Source: Euprymna scolopes
Taxonomy: Eukaryota
Strand: one strand, 5' to 3'
Length of the DNA: 64,000 nucleotides
Assembly: GCA_053919585.1 (NCBI GenBank)
Contig: CM132818.1
Part shown: one piece after another, positions 52,199-64,000 of the stretch
Layout of the letters: every line of letters begins with the position of its first letter
Position numbering within the stretch: the stretch's first letter is position 1
Notes under the pieces: model-generated
The model's input: the letters and a program-made list of their open reading frames with translations, nothing else
What the model was told of the DNA's origin: nothing
Database searches by the model: none
Translations under genes and position numbers: made by a program

Positions 52199-52347
52199 TG
52201 AATTAGCTCTAGGATATTTACCTATCGAGCTTATTATATCTAAATTACAACGAGCACTTTCTCTATCCTGTATTTTAATTAAACTAGTAATTTCACTGTT
52301 ACATTGAAATACAATCAGCTCTTTAGACTATTGTTCTAATCTCCTTT

Positions 52348-52414
<67 letters not shown>

Positions 52415-52457
52415 GGAGAATTAAAAATGAAAACATATATCTATATAGAGAGAGATA

Positions 52458-52710
52458 ATTATTTACTATAATAATTTTTAAATACCTACAGACACTAGTG
52501 TTTCATTATTTCGGGTAGTATCAGTGCAGAGTGACAGGGTCGGGTGATTCGAAACCGGCAACGAAGTAATCTCTGACTCTATTAGCAAGCAACAAACCGT
52601 TTCGGCCAACCATAATTGCGAGAAATACCGTTGAAATTCAAATATTTATTTGTAAATGTCTTTATGTCTGTCAGAGTGATATAATTATTATAACATCATG
52701 ATCTGCGCGT
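52458..52710 (-). mobile_element. Diverged family HH-A copy
   Basis: Minus strand CTGCACTGATAC..TGAAACACTAGTGTCTGTAGGTATTTAA; GATCA..ATCACTCTGACAGAC 5' part; (TA)n nearby on both sides. Confidence 0.75.
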
Positions 52711-52750
52711 GTGAGCTTAAATGACCGATTCTATTTCAACTTTAGAGTGC

Positions 52751-52811
<61 letters not shown>

Positions 52812-52988
52812 GTTTTTTTTTTATTACCGTTTATTTCCTTTTTGTTTCAGCTACCAAAAAACGGTCGCGTAGCTGAAACAAAAATGTAACTAAACAGAAA
52901 AAAACGGTAATATAAAAAATAAAACGCATGTTTGCTCTACAACGGTATTGAGCACTTTCTTCGGGTTTTTATTAATCACCATTTCTAC

Positions 52989-53055
<67 letters not shown>

Positions 53056-54501
53056 GTAAATAATATTCCAAGGATATTATTTTATTTGATTTTTTATTAA
53101 ATGGTGACCACTTGCTAAGGCCTGATGACACTCAAGGATATAATGGCATAATTGTCATAAACAAGTTCGTATACTTGTGATGTTGTTGAGCAAAAAATTA
53201 GATGGTTACTCCACACTCCGAAAATTCCCAAATGGGGGGCTCCATACTGCATTTTGGAGGAAAAGCTTCAATAGTTAAAAAGGTTGTAGAATAAATTAGG
53301 CATAAAACAAAGTAATATAACGCTAGGAGAATTAATTTCCTAATAGCATGGTGGGGTAGATGCGAATACCTTGCTCAAGGGTGTCCGAGACACTTTAGCG
53401 TCATGCCTGTAGCACAATCTTTCTTACCCATAAATGCGAAGAGATGAAAGAAGTTTAATAGGAATATTGGATTCACAAGCGGTTCCCATCAATTCCACGC
53501 GCATGAGGCGGTCTGTTTGCAGAGAAATCTCTACAGACGCAGATACAGACCGACTCAAAAGCTACCAGTTGCCGGAACAGACACACCTAGGATTTTTCAC
53601 CAGAGACGTTTTCACCGGGTTGTTTCTATCTTTGTATGTCCTTTCGCAACCTGCATCTGAAATCCTGCAGAGGCATCTGCAATGGTTTTGTGGGGAAAAT
53701 AGAGAAGGCTTGCCGCAAAAAAACCTGCTCATGTCAGTCTGTCCAGCAAGTTGAGAAGGAAAAACGAAAAAATGGCGACCGTGGTCTTTTAATGTCCACA
53801 GTCTCGCACAGTTCTCGAAAAATCGCGTCTCACACGTGATTTTGAGGTGTGCCTGGGCACCATAAAAACATGTTGCTGGGGGGAGTGGGCAGAAGCGTTC
53901 AGACCTGTATAGAGTAAACATCGTCAGACATTTCCGAACTTGTTTACATTGGACTTGAAAGCAACGATATTGTAATTGGTCAAGAAGCAAGCCAACAGTT
54001 CCATAGGCGGGCAGTTCTGAGAAAGAAGCGTTCAGACCTGTGTAGAGTGAACACGTCCTGCGATTCAGGTTTGACCATGTTTACCGATGTTTAAAAGGAT
54101 CGTTGGATAACAGAAACCGGAAGTCAAAAGTGACAAACTTAATTATAACCAGAAATTCTATTTAACCCATAGATGGTACCTTGACGAGTATTACGATTCC
54201 TAATGAGAATTGACCTTCGAGTAAAGTTAACTGCATACTCCGTCCAAATATGCAATTAGAGTCTCACCACTAAATGCAGGTTAAAATCATATTCAGAACA
54301 TGTTCAGTTTTAAGTCAGAAAAATGGGTGTGTGATATCATGTAATAATGATTCAAAATAACTGGGGATTTTTTTAAATTTATTTATTCTAATCCAGAGTG
54401 CTCTTATTTTGTTTGTAGGATTTCCTCAATATTAAGAACCGGACTTGTTTTTAATTCTGCGCTTATGAGAAGAAAAGTAAACAAAGACATCGATATAGAT
54501 A

Positions 54502-54728
54502 TACGAGGTGGCTTCAATAAGTTTCCAGACTTTTTTCATATGAGCACTTTCATTGAGAGTAAACATATGAAACGCGAGTCCCCATTCGAGGCAATGCACT
54601 TGTTGTACCATTCTAAAACTTCTGGAAGCCCCCATGTAAGACATCTTGCGTGAGCGTGTCAATGACCCTCGTCACAGCTTCTTTCATTTCTTTAATTGTC
54701 TAATAACGACAACATCTAAGGTTTTCCT
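54502..54728 (-). mobile_element. Mariner 3' end fragment (family of 59578-60506)
   Basis: TACGAGGTGGCTTCAATAAGTTTCCAGAC TIR and homology to 59578-59800. Confidence 0.75.
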
Positions 54729-55094
54729 ACTGCAGAAATTTGTAACACGTGACCGGGATGTAGGAAACCACAGATTCCCCTGAAGAGGTACTCTGGTCGG
54801 GTAACAAAAAAAAAAAAAAAAAAAAAAAGCGGAGAATAAATTCGTACTTAAAACAAAAAAAAACGTCAATAAACAAACCCTTTTTTCCCAAATGAGGTAA
54901 CATATGAGAACGTTCTATACCCCATTCCGACAATAATGCGGTCTGATTGTTCGAGTCAGCCTTATGTTGCCTGAATGATGACAAGGCGAACCTCCGTTGA
55001 CATGGAAACAGAATGCTGACGTCGAGGACCATTCGTTTTATAAACATATATGTTTTATTTAATTATTGGGATTCTTTTTGAGATGATTAATGTG

Positions 55095-55482
55095 TATATA
55101 TTTTTATTTATTTATTTATTTATTTGCGGATTATTATCCTCATCTTTTATAATTGTTATTTAACGACGTTTCGGCCAACTATTCCTATGGCCTTCGAGGC
55201 CCGTGGCGCAGTGGATAGAAACGTTGAATCTTTACAGTTCCAGGTGAGCATTGTCTGAAGATAGCGGTTTCAATTCTACTCAAAGCCAGCCAGAGGATTA
55301 CTTGGCCAAAACGCGATGAAACGACAACTATGGAAGGCAGTAATTACTGAAGACACAATTAAGAGATTCAACGTTCCTATTTCGTCGCGGTTAACAACCT
55401 GACGAAGGCCAAAGGATGAGTAGGCCGAAACAAAAACTATAAAGATGAGGATAATAGTTCGCAAATAAATAAATAAAATATA
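55095..55482 (+). mobile_element. Family HH-C full unit (55198-55482) preceded by an inverted copy of its own 3' tail (55095-55196)
   Basis: tRNA-like head GGCCCGTGGCGCAGTGG; CTGACGA-AGGCC..GGCC-GAAAC at 55399-55431; inverted tail reads GGCCGAAACGTCGTTAA..AAGATGAGGATAATAATCCGC. Confidence 0.75.
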
Positions 55483-56039
55483 TAACATGTTATAGTATAC
55501 ATCAAAAGTTGATTAAAATGCTCATGAATCTCCGAGACTAGGTAAAGTCATACTGTTCGTGCTCAATATTTTCCCCCTGGCGATTTGTTTGTGAATATCA
55601 TGAACAATTACTTAAATATGATTATAAACTTCCAGGATTATCCACTTTTAACGGACTCTTTAAAACAACTCTAAATTCAAAGATGGCCGCCCTGAACGCT
55701 CCAGTAGCAATAAAACATGCTATAATGACTAATAAACACGTTATTCTATTATAATTTTAGTTGCTGCCATATATATTCGCCTAACACGAGAAGATCTATA
55801 AAGATGTCGTAAACCCGCCATATACAAGTTTTTTTATTACGTCCGGGTGAACTTTTACTTGAAATTTTTATATAAGAAACTGCAAATTAGCACATTAAGC
55901 CTGTAAAATGATAAGAAAAAGGATTTAGCAACTTTTTTATGGTAGTTTTCATTTCAGTAGTATTGCTTATACAAAAATTAATATTGTTTTCCATTGTTTT
56001 ATATCCGCTGGAGCAACTTTAGAGTTCAATTTAGCAATA

Positions 56040-56440
56040 CAAAAGTACAGAAGCATTTACATTAGGGAACGAAAATGCTATTTTCCAAGAATTACGCAAA
56101 TTGATCAAGTGGGTTGTTTTTACTAAGAAAATCAAATTTTATGAGGAATGTTATGTTATGTTTTGATTCGCCATATTTCATAAATATAGGGAAACAACTC
56201 AATTCGAAATACTGAGATCAAAATCAAATTTGACAAAATCAAAATTGGAATGGCTACGATTTACTATTAGAAATACTAAAAATCGTAATATTTTTTATAT
56301 ACAAAAACCTACTTGACCAATTTACGTTATTTTTGGAATATGAAATTTTCGTTCTGTAAGGTACGTAAGTTACGTGTTCGCTGTGGTCGGTTGTTCAACT
56401 TCGTGTGTCCAGTTTATATATTATAGTTCTGTACTTTTTA
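56040..56440. repeat. Decayed foldback element
   Basis: GAACGAAAAT..TTCCAAGAATTACGCAAATTGATCAAGTGGGTT versus AACCTACTTGACCAATTTACGTTATTTTTGGAA..ATTTTCGTTC. Confidence 0.55.
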
Positions 56441-58329
56441 CTGTTTTAATTAGATTGAACTGTGGACTTGCACATATCTATTTTGTTTCGGATTCGAGAA
56501 CCCGCCCAGGGTCAGAAAACTGTAAAGGATGACAAAGTTACCTCTTTTCAAAGTTTTTTCTTTCTTTCTTTCTTTTAAAAGAATAGAGTTTTGGAGTCAA
56601 GTTGTGTTCTTAGGAGAAAAGATGCAAGGGAAATCTTACATCTCGTGAAAATACGCGACCTCTTCGCTACTCTACTGAGATCACGGGGTTCGAACGTTAG
56701 ACTAGCCCCCCCCCTATTTGTTTGTTAGTCGTTTAACAAAGTAGACCTACCGTATTTCGACGTGGCCTCTACACTGCCTTTCCCCTATTACCACAACTGT
56801 GTCGATTCAATTGCGTTTGAAACTTGTGTTCAATTATGTGTATCCGTTAATGTGTTACATTCTTTAAGACACACTATTGATAGATCGTTGCACAGTGACC
56901 AAGGAATTTTGCCTCGGTCCCCATAGCTACCTAGGCCACTGTTGACGTGGCTTCTTCTCTGTTAACTGAGGTTTATGGTTCTATGCAGCTCTAAGAGGTA
57001 CACTCTCCCAGGCGTTATCACTCTATGAAAAAGGGTAGATTTATTGCTAATCGCCTGAAACGTCCATACCGACAGAGCTGCTTAGGCGGTTTTTGCAATT
57101 CTCTTCTTCTGGGGCAATGGCTCTTCAAATCCTACCATCTGACCATTGTTTCACATCATCTCGCGATGAGAGGGAGATATTCTTTAACAAGGCTACTTTA
57201 TCGTTATTTTTTTATTGCTCCGACAGAAAAAATTCGTTTGTGTTTCCTAACTACATTTTGCCAATGTTAACTGTTGTGTCTGCACAAATAATTAACAAGA
57301 ACACGAAAGTAAAGGTATACAATAATATATTTGGAAGAAAAATTATATACATATTTACATGTCTTCAGATATACTTCAGTTGGAGATATTTCGGCAGGTG
57401 GCGTGTTGCATGTCTTACTGGAGACAGCATAAGCGTCTTGCCTATTTGACGGTAGTTGCCGGACTCCCCCGTTATAAGTGATTGATACCTTTATATATAT
57501 CACTCACTCGCCTATGTTAATTAGTAGGCGTCTCCATAACATTAACAGAACGATAACGATCAATATTCATAGTCTGATTGATAATTTTGAGTTTCCAAAC
57601 AAACAAACAAAAAATATTTAATACTAACTTATAATGTGATACTATCGAGGTCCCCCCTCCCTCAGGTACACTTTGATGTTGACTTTCAAATCGACTTCGA
57701 AGATGTGATGCGGCATGATGTGTCCCTCACTTGAAACCACACCTAAGACCATAACCGTGGCTTGCCCGATGCGTTAAGCTGCGCCCTCAGGCGTTGAACC
57801 GCCTAGAGTTGAATTTTAAGGATGCTGGCAGTGATCCTGTCGTCATAACTTAGATCGGTAGAGAGCTCCGATCTCGCTTGTTGAACATTGCGTCACTTCA
57901 GACATGATAGAAGGCTCCTATCGGTCTTGGGATTTGTACACACGCAGATGGTCTGCACTAAAAAAAGAAAACTGTTTTTTTATCAAACAGAAATGAAATC
58001 ATGTCATCTTTTCTAAGGCGAGAGCAACAGTTTTATCATTCCACCCTGTAGGTATTGCATTTCGGGTCAGCAGTGAAGGTCAGTTCGAGAAGTTTGTCGA
58101 GGCAGGATGCTTTTTCAAGACTTCATGTAATATTTTAGTACTCTTATGTTAAGGTTGACAACTTTTGCCATCTGATTGCAATAAATATCAACCAGCAGCT
58201 AACAGCAATGATTCGATTGCAGAAAAACCTTGTCGCACGTAACATGAACAACTGTGTGTCGACAAACAGTAAGTAGCTCAATTAGTTGTGACGTCTGATT
58301 TTTATAGTAGTCAATGTGTTCAATTGATA

Positions 58330-58365
<36 letters not shown>

Positions 58366-58857
58366 AACTACTACTACTTCTACTACTACTACTGAAGTGG
58401 TTATAATTTTACTTTTTCACAGTAGCGACTATAACAGTAATTGTCGTACAGGGTTGGACAAAATACAAATGTACACAAATTTTGCCTTCTCTTTTTTTTT
58501 TCGTTTTTTTTTATTTATCTCTCTTTATGTTTCTTTTAGTTTACAATAATATTAGATCTTTCTCTCATTCCCCGTAGGAGAAGGTGGTATTGGACTCCGA
58601 AACACGTTCGTTCCTTCTCACAGATAAAAGCCAAAGAGAAAGATTTTTGTGGCTTATTCGTCACCATAACTTCCTATCGACTTTCCGATCGTGGCGTCAT
58701 GTCTTTAACACGTCAGCTTTAATTCCTAACCTTAACTTCGAAGGGAAATTTCTGCTCTTTACCGTATCTTACTCCCGAAGTTAAAATGTCCGTTTTTACA
58801 TCATTCTAAAACACCCCTCGCCCCAAATTGCTGCAATGTGTTATAATGCTACTACAA

Positions 58858-58926
<69 letters not shown>

Positions 58927-59577
58927 GTATATACAACTTTATAAAAATCTTTGAATAAGTAAATAAACACAAAAATGATAGATCCTTTTTATTTTTATTT
59001 TAATGATTTAGTTTTCTAAGAATATCATAAGTGATCAGCAAGTCAGTTACGTTAACTTAAAACAGCAAACGAGATATCTGTTAAACATTTCAAAACAATT
59101 CTTCTTGATTTGTAGTTTTAGAAATATTTAAACTTCCTAAAATTCATTTTCATTCTTTTCTTGTTGCCATGATAAACTTCTTGGATTATCCCCCTTTAAC
59201 AGAACTCTTAAAATAATTCCGATAATTCAAAGATGGCTGCCTTGTATACTAGCAATAGAAGTATAGAAGCAATAAAATACTAACGTTATTTTGTGGTAAT
59301 CTTTCTTGTAGTTAATTATTTCATACTTCAAATAAAGAAACGGTCTCTACCAAATTCGTCTGTCAGTTATACGTGTCAAATTTCAATTAAACAAAATGTT
59401 TCTAACTGAAAAAAAGAATGTCAGCTGAGTGTTTTTGAACTGCTAAACACATCTAGCATATCGACTTATCCTCAAATGCGACCATAAATGACAAAAGTAA
59501 ATAACCAATTGCACACTTGTATTTTAAAACAATTTCTTTGCTCATTCCTATTTCATATTTATCTTCTATTTTTATGC

Positions 59578-60506
59578 ATGAAGTGCCTTCAATAAGTTTC
59601 CAGACTTTCTTCGTATGGGCATTTTTATTGATAGTACAAACATGAAACTCTGGTTTTCTTCGAAGTAATCTCCCCCGGCGGCAATGCATTTGTTGTACCG
59701 ATCAGACACCTTCTGGAAGTCCTTTTGTGTGAGTGTGTCAATGACCCATCATCTTTCATCTCCTCAATTATCTAATAACGACAGCTTCTATGGTTTTCCT
59801 TGAGCTTAGGGAATAACCAAAAGCCGCAGGGAGCAAAGTCTGGACTACAGGGAGGGTGAGTAACTGTCTTGATGGCCATCTTATTCAAATAGTCTGTGAC
59901 AAGGATGAGGTTGTGGACTGCACCCTTGAGACAAACTTCACGAAAATCTTCCGCATCTTCAGTTCCTCGCAATTTATTGTGTGTAAAGTTCCCACAATGA
60001 CATCAAACTATGCACTTATTGTCTTTATTAACGCACGACGGTCCTTATCTATGAAATTCTTTATTTGGCCAATCAACTCTGGTGTTTTAACTTCCTTACT
60101 ACTCCCACACCTCTCATCATTCCTCACAACTCCCTGCCTTCCTTAAATATCCTATCCCACTCAAAAACTAATGCTCGATTTATGCAAGATGGTCCAAAAG
60201 CAGTCTGAAGCATTCCATACTTTTCTGAGGCGTTTTTCTAAGTTTAAAACAGAATGTTTATTGCATATCGTTTTTCTAAAGTTTCCTCATGTCCAGATTG
60301 CATTTTTGAAATTCACCAGCCAAGATAATCAGACTTTAGTAGAGTATGTTCCAATTCTTACTGTAGTTGTTCATTTGAACCTGAAATAAGAATCGGCCAG
60401 TCATCTCATAAAATGTATAGCAATAACATACTGAATTTTCAAGAGCCTATGACAATTTTAAATGCCTGTACAAAAATATATGGAAACTTATTTAAGGCAC
60501 CTCGTG
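59578..60506 (-). mobile_element. Internally deleted, decayed mariner with both TIRs
   Basis: TIRs ATGAAGTGCCTTCAATAAGTTTCCA / TGGAAACTTATTTAAGGCACCTCGT; IKTVTHPPCSPDFAPCGFWLFPKLKE. Confidence 0.85.
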
Positions 60507-61863
60507 TGTATCTTTGAAGCATGTGCTCATACAAGAGTTTCCTACTTTTTTTTTACGTAGTCCTTTGCATTATTGTCGTATGCTGCAATAGTTCAAGCTG
60601 CACCGGTTGGGCAATAGAGGGAAGACAATGCAGTCTTGCATCGAATGATACTTCTCTTCACATACGCAAATGGTTAGGTCAGTTTTGTAGCAACTTTTGA
60701 TCGATCCATTCAGGCGGTTGGGGCGGGTGGATTAATTTGAGCCAAGGTGCTTCTGAACCGGGAGAAAAGGCTTCAGAACGGGAGATTCCCATGTTACTAA
60801 GAGAAGGCATTCTGTAAGTCTATTTTACAGCTGTTGTCTGGTCTCTTCCTGGGATGTTGTTAGGGGTTAGACATAGCTGTAGAAGCTTCTCCTGACTTCA
60901 GTCGTTGGATCGTTTATACCTCATCATTAGTATATAAGAATGGATTATTTTATATGGCAATTATTTTCTATGACTTCACGACGCCAAAGAAATCGATTGT
61001 TAACCACATTTTGAGTCGATGCGAAAAAGGATGAAGATGACGCTTTGTATTGTATTGTTTGTTTGTTTGTTTGTTTGTTTGTTTGTTATATTTTCTTATT
61101 TTTTTGTTCTCTAATCTAATATTAGTTTTGTTATCTTTTTCTAGCGAATTCGTCCAGGATTGAGATTTTAAGAATACTTCTCATCGCAACAACTGATAAT
61201 AAAAAAATAAAAAATAAATTTTAAAAAAACCTCTCGCTCTTCATCGCAATGGCCTTTTCAGGGCAGAGACACATTACGGTAACGTGATTTCTATCATGTA
61301 TGGTTGGTGTGTTAAGTACCCACTCCACCAAGCCTCAACCGCACCCGAGTTATGCGTGCACCTTGCTATGTGCGCCATTGCGCCAACCCTTTTCATCCGT
61401 CCATATGTTTACACGTTTCCATCCCCCATCTCATTCTTAACTCCCACCCTTAGATGACTATATATAAAAAAAAACGTCTGACTCCTGACCCTCGATTAGA
61501 GGTAGATTTTAAAAACAACCAGATTCCTACTACCATTTACTGGAAGAACCACTAACTTCTTACACAAACTACCACGCTCAGATTTTAATTATTTTTCTGC
61601 TTACGCACGCAAACAGAATGTGACACAAGGTCGTTTTTAATGTGAGAGAAAACTAACTCCTCAAAAAGGGACACTCTAGAAATAGGCAAAAATAAAAATT
61701 GCCTTAGTATAGAAGGATTTCCCCTATATTGACTGAGGACAATTTAACACCAGAACAGATAATACACTATGATCTTTGCACATATTTAATTTCGTAATTG
61801 ACTTTTTGTAAATAAGAATTTTTTAATATTGTTTTTTTTCGCTATTGCATTGATAAGCATATA

Positions 61864-61928
<65 letters not shown>

Positions 61929-62029
61929 GTTACGTTAAGACGAGAAACACGCAAACGTAAACACGCGAGAAGCGCTTACACAATTTGATTAATATAGAGA
62001 ATAAGCTCAGAAGTGGGTAACTGAGTAAA

Positions 62030-62178
62030 AGGATCTGACTTCCGACTCCCGAGTCGGTTTTAAAAATGCATCGACTTCGACTCCTAAAAAAAAAAAGAAA
62101 AGAAAATTCAGTCTTTCATTACAGTCTTCAAATCTCAGACGTGTAGATTCGGTTGAATTGAACCCGACTCTACACCGC

Positions 62179-62253
<75 letters not shown>

Positions 62254-62600
62254 CTACGACTCCTATACAGACTCTCGAATCGAACTCCCTATTTCAGAAG
62301 TGGGAAGATCTGCTTTAAAAATCTGACTATCGACTCTGGAGTTGGTTAGAAAAATAAACCTCGTCTTCAACTCCTGAAAAAGAAAATTCAATCTCTTGAT
62401 CTCATCTTGGTGTGTCAGAGGTGTAGAGTCGGTTTAAATAAATCCGACTCCCAACCTTGTTAATAAAAATGCCGACTCTGACTCCCGTAAAAACTCGCAA
62501 ATCGAGCTCCCTATTTAAGAAGTGAAGATTTTGCTTTAGAAATCTGACTATCGACTGTGAAATCGTTTTCACAAAACACGACATGGGTTTCGACTCCTAA
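62030..62600. repeat. CGACTC-rich repeat with internal direct duplication (~62080-62340 / ~62370-62560)
   Basis: Many CGACTC motifs; duplicated AAATTCA..GTGTAGA.TCGGTT and CTCCCTATTT.AGAAGTG..TGCTTTA.AAATCTGACTATCGACT. Confidence 0.65.
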
Positions 62601-63127
62601 ATATTTCACCTCATTTATTCTGCACATTTACCTCGTTTACTTCCTGGTCTGTATACTAAAGCTTTGGCTTATAGAAGAACCTAATAACTTATAACCATTT
62701 CTCCAGCACTCTTAAACACTATCCCAATCGAATAATATTAAACCAGATGTGGCAATGCTATGTACACAGACTCTCAAAGACATCGCCTCGTCTCTTCTAT
62801 TCTTTCCATTTCGCACTGTTTTTTTTTGTTTTTTTTTTTCGTTTTTTTTTTTTCGTTCCTTCTGTTGCTGGCTTCTTTTCAACACTAACTATTGTTTTTA
62901 TCTAACGCATTCGCAAACATCACAGTTATTTATATCTATGTTTTATATTCTATACCTGTATCCGTATTGTCACTGGTTATGTTGTATTATTAGACGGTTT
63001 CAGCGTTCAGGAGAGATGGAGAAAACGAATAAGATATTAGTGACATTCGTAACTATAATATAGAAGACAAATGATAAATTCGTTTTTGTTCGTAAACCAT
63101 TTCTTTGTAACATGTCTCGGTAATGGT

Positions 63128-64000
63128 GCATAAAACGAGGCCCTAAGTTTTAAACATGGCGGCAGTTCTGTCAAATGAGTTATGGAAGCACAAAATTGAT
63201 ACAATGCTTTCGCTATTCTTCAAAACTGCTTACTTATATATTTGGACAAAATATTAAGAAGCTTTTTTTTGTAAATATATATTTTTCTGTCATATTTACG
63301 TGTTCTTTTTTCAAATATACTTCTCTTTTGTTAAATGTACTATATTTTAATATACTTTATTTACATATACTTTATTTAAATCTGCGCAGTCTATTTGCAA
63401 TCGTTGCCGATTCAAAAAAAAATTATTTTTTATAGTTAACTATAATTTAGTTTTTTTTTCACCCCCCTTTAAAAGAAAAATATATAAAATACGTAAACTT
63501 TCTTTATCAATGGATTTTGTGTTTTTTTAATCGCATACCTTTTCCAAATATACTAACAAATATTTAAACAAAATTTTTTTTTTAAATATCTAAACAAAAT
63601 GTTTCGATATTTCTATGCGATTAAAAAACACAAAATCAATCGTTAAAGAAAGTTTACGTATTTTAAAATATTTTTTATTATAAGTGAGGGGGTGAAAAAA
63701 TAAACATAAAATATAGTTAACTATAAAAATAATATTTTTTTTTAATCGGCGACGGTCGTAATAGACCGATTTAAATAAAGTATATATAAAGAAAGTATAT
63801 TTAAATATACTACATTTAAAAAAGAACTCGTAAATATGTTAGAAAAAATATATCAACAAAAAAAAATCTTAATATTTTGTCCAAATATATAAGTAAGTAG
63901 TTTTGAAGAATAGTGGAAGTATTGTATCCATTTTGTCCTTACATAACTCAATTGACAGACCTGCCGCCATCTTTGAAACTTAGGGTCCCGTTTTATGCAC
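63128..64000. mobile_element. Long foldback element, ~430 bp inverted arms, probably extends past window end
   Basis: GTGCATAAAACGAGGCCCTAAGTTT.. versus ..AAACTTAGGGTCCCGTTTTATGCAC; complementarity continues inward to a centre near 63560. Confidence 0.9.

Noticed and set aside
53121-53145. CTGATGA heptamer as a hammerhead core (also at ~2878)
   Set aside because: No stem II, GAAA or stem I partner follows
53330-54060. Overlapping ORFs (106, 142, 67 aa), possibly a decayed L1/Tx1-type 3' region
   Set aside because: No motif I can identify with confidence; needs a profile search
58139-58268. Candidate exon TTTTAG...GTAAGT with an open frame
   Set aside because: Peptide unrecognisable and such splice-like pairs arise by chance in AT-rich DNA

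Overview
AT-rich, repeat-saturated eukaryotic (animal) DNA with about 12 N-gaps and many (TA)n, (CA)n, (CT)n and (AAT)n microsatellites. No intact host protein-coding gene is recognisable, and most ORF-track entries are microsatellite, gap or antisense artefacts. The repeat spectrum resembles what I recall from coleoid cephalopod genomes (inference only). Recognisable content: decayed Tc1/mariner transposases (irritans-like, cecropia/Hsmar1-like, maT-like), CR1-like and R4/Dong-like LINE remnants, non-autonomous Helitrons (hairpin+CTAG ends), Tc1/mariner-type MITEs, long foldback elements, three 5S rRNA-derived copies, tRNA-derived SINE heads and an 18-19 bp minisatellite. The most notable signal is a set of at least three families of ~280-320 bp non-coding elements. 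Each pairs a tRNA-like Pol III A/B-box module with a type I hammerhead ribozyme motif whose stem III is palindromic or minimal. Two of the families sit within or next to (TA)n tracts, one occurs as head-to-tail units bounded by two ribozymes (retrozyme-like), and several short snap-back palindromes have their fold point at or near a hammerhead core or cleavage site.
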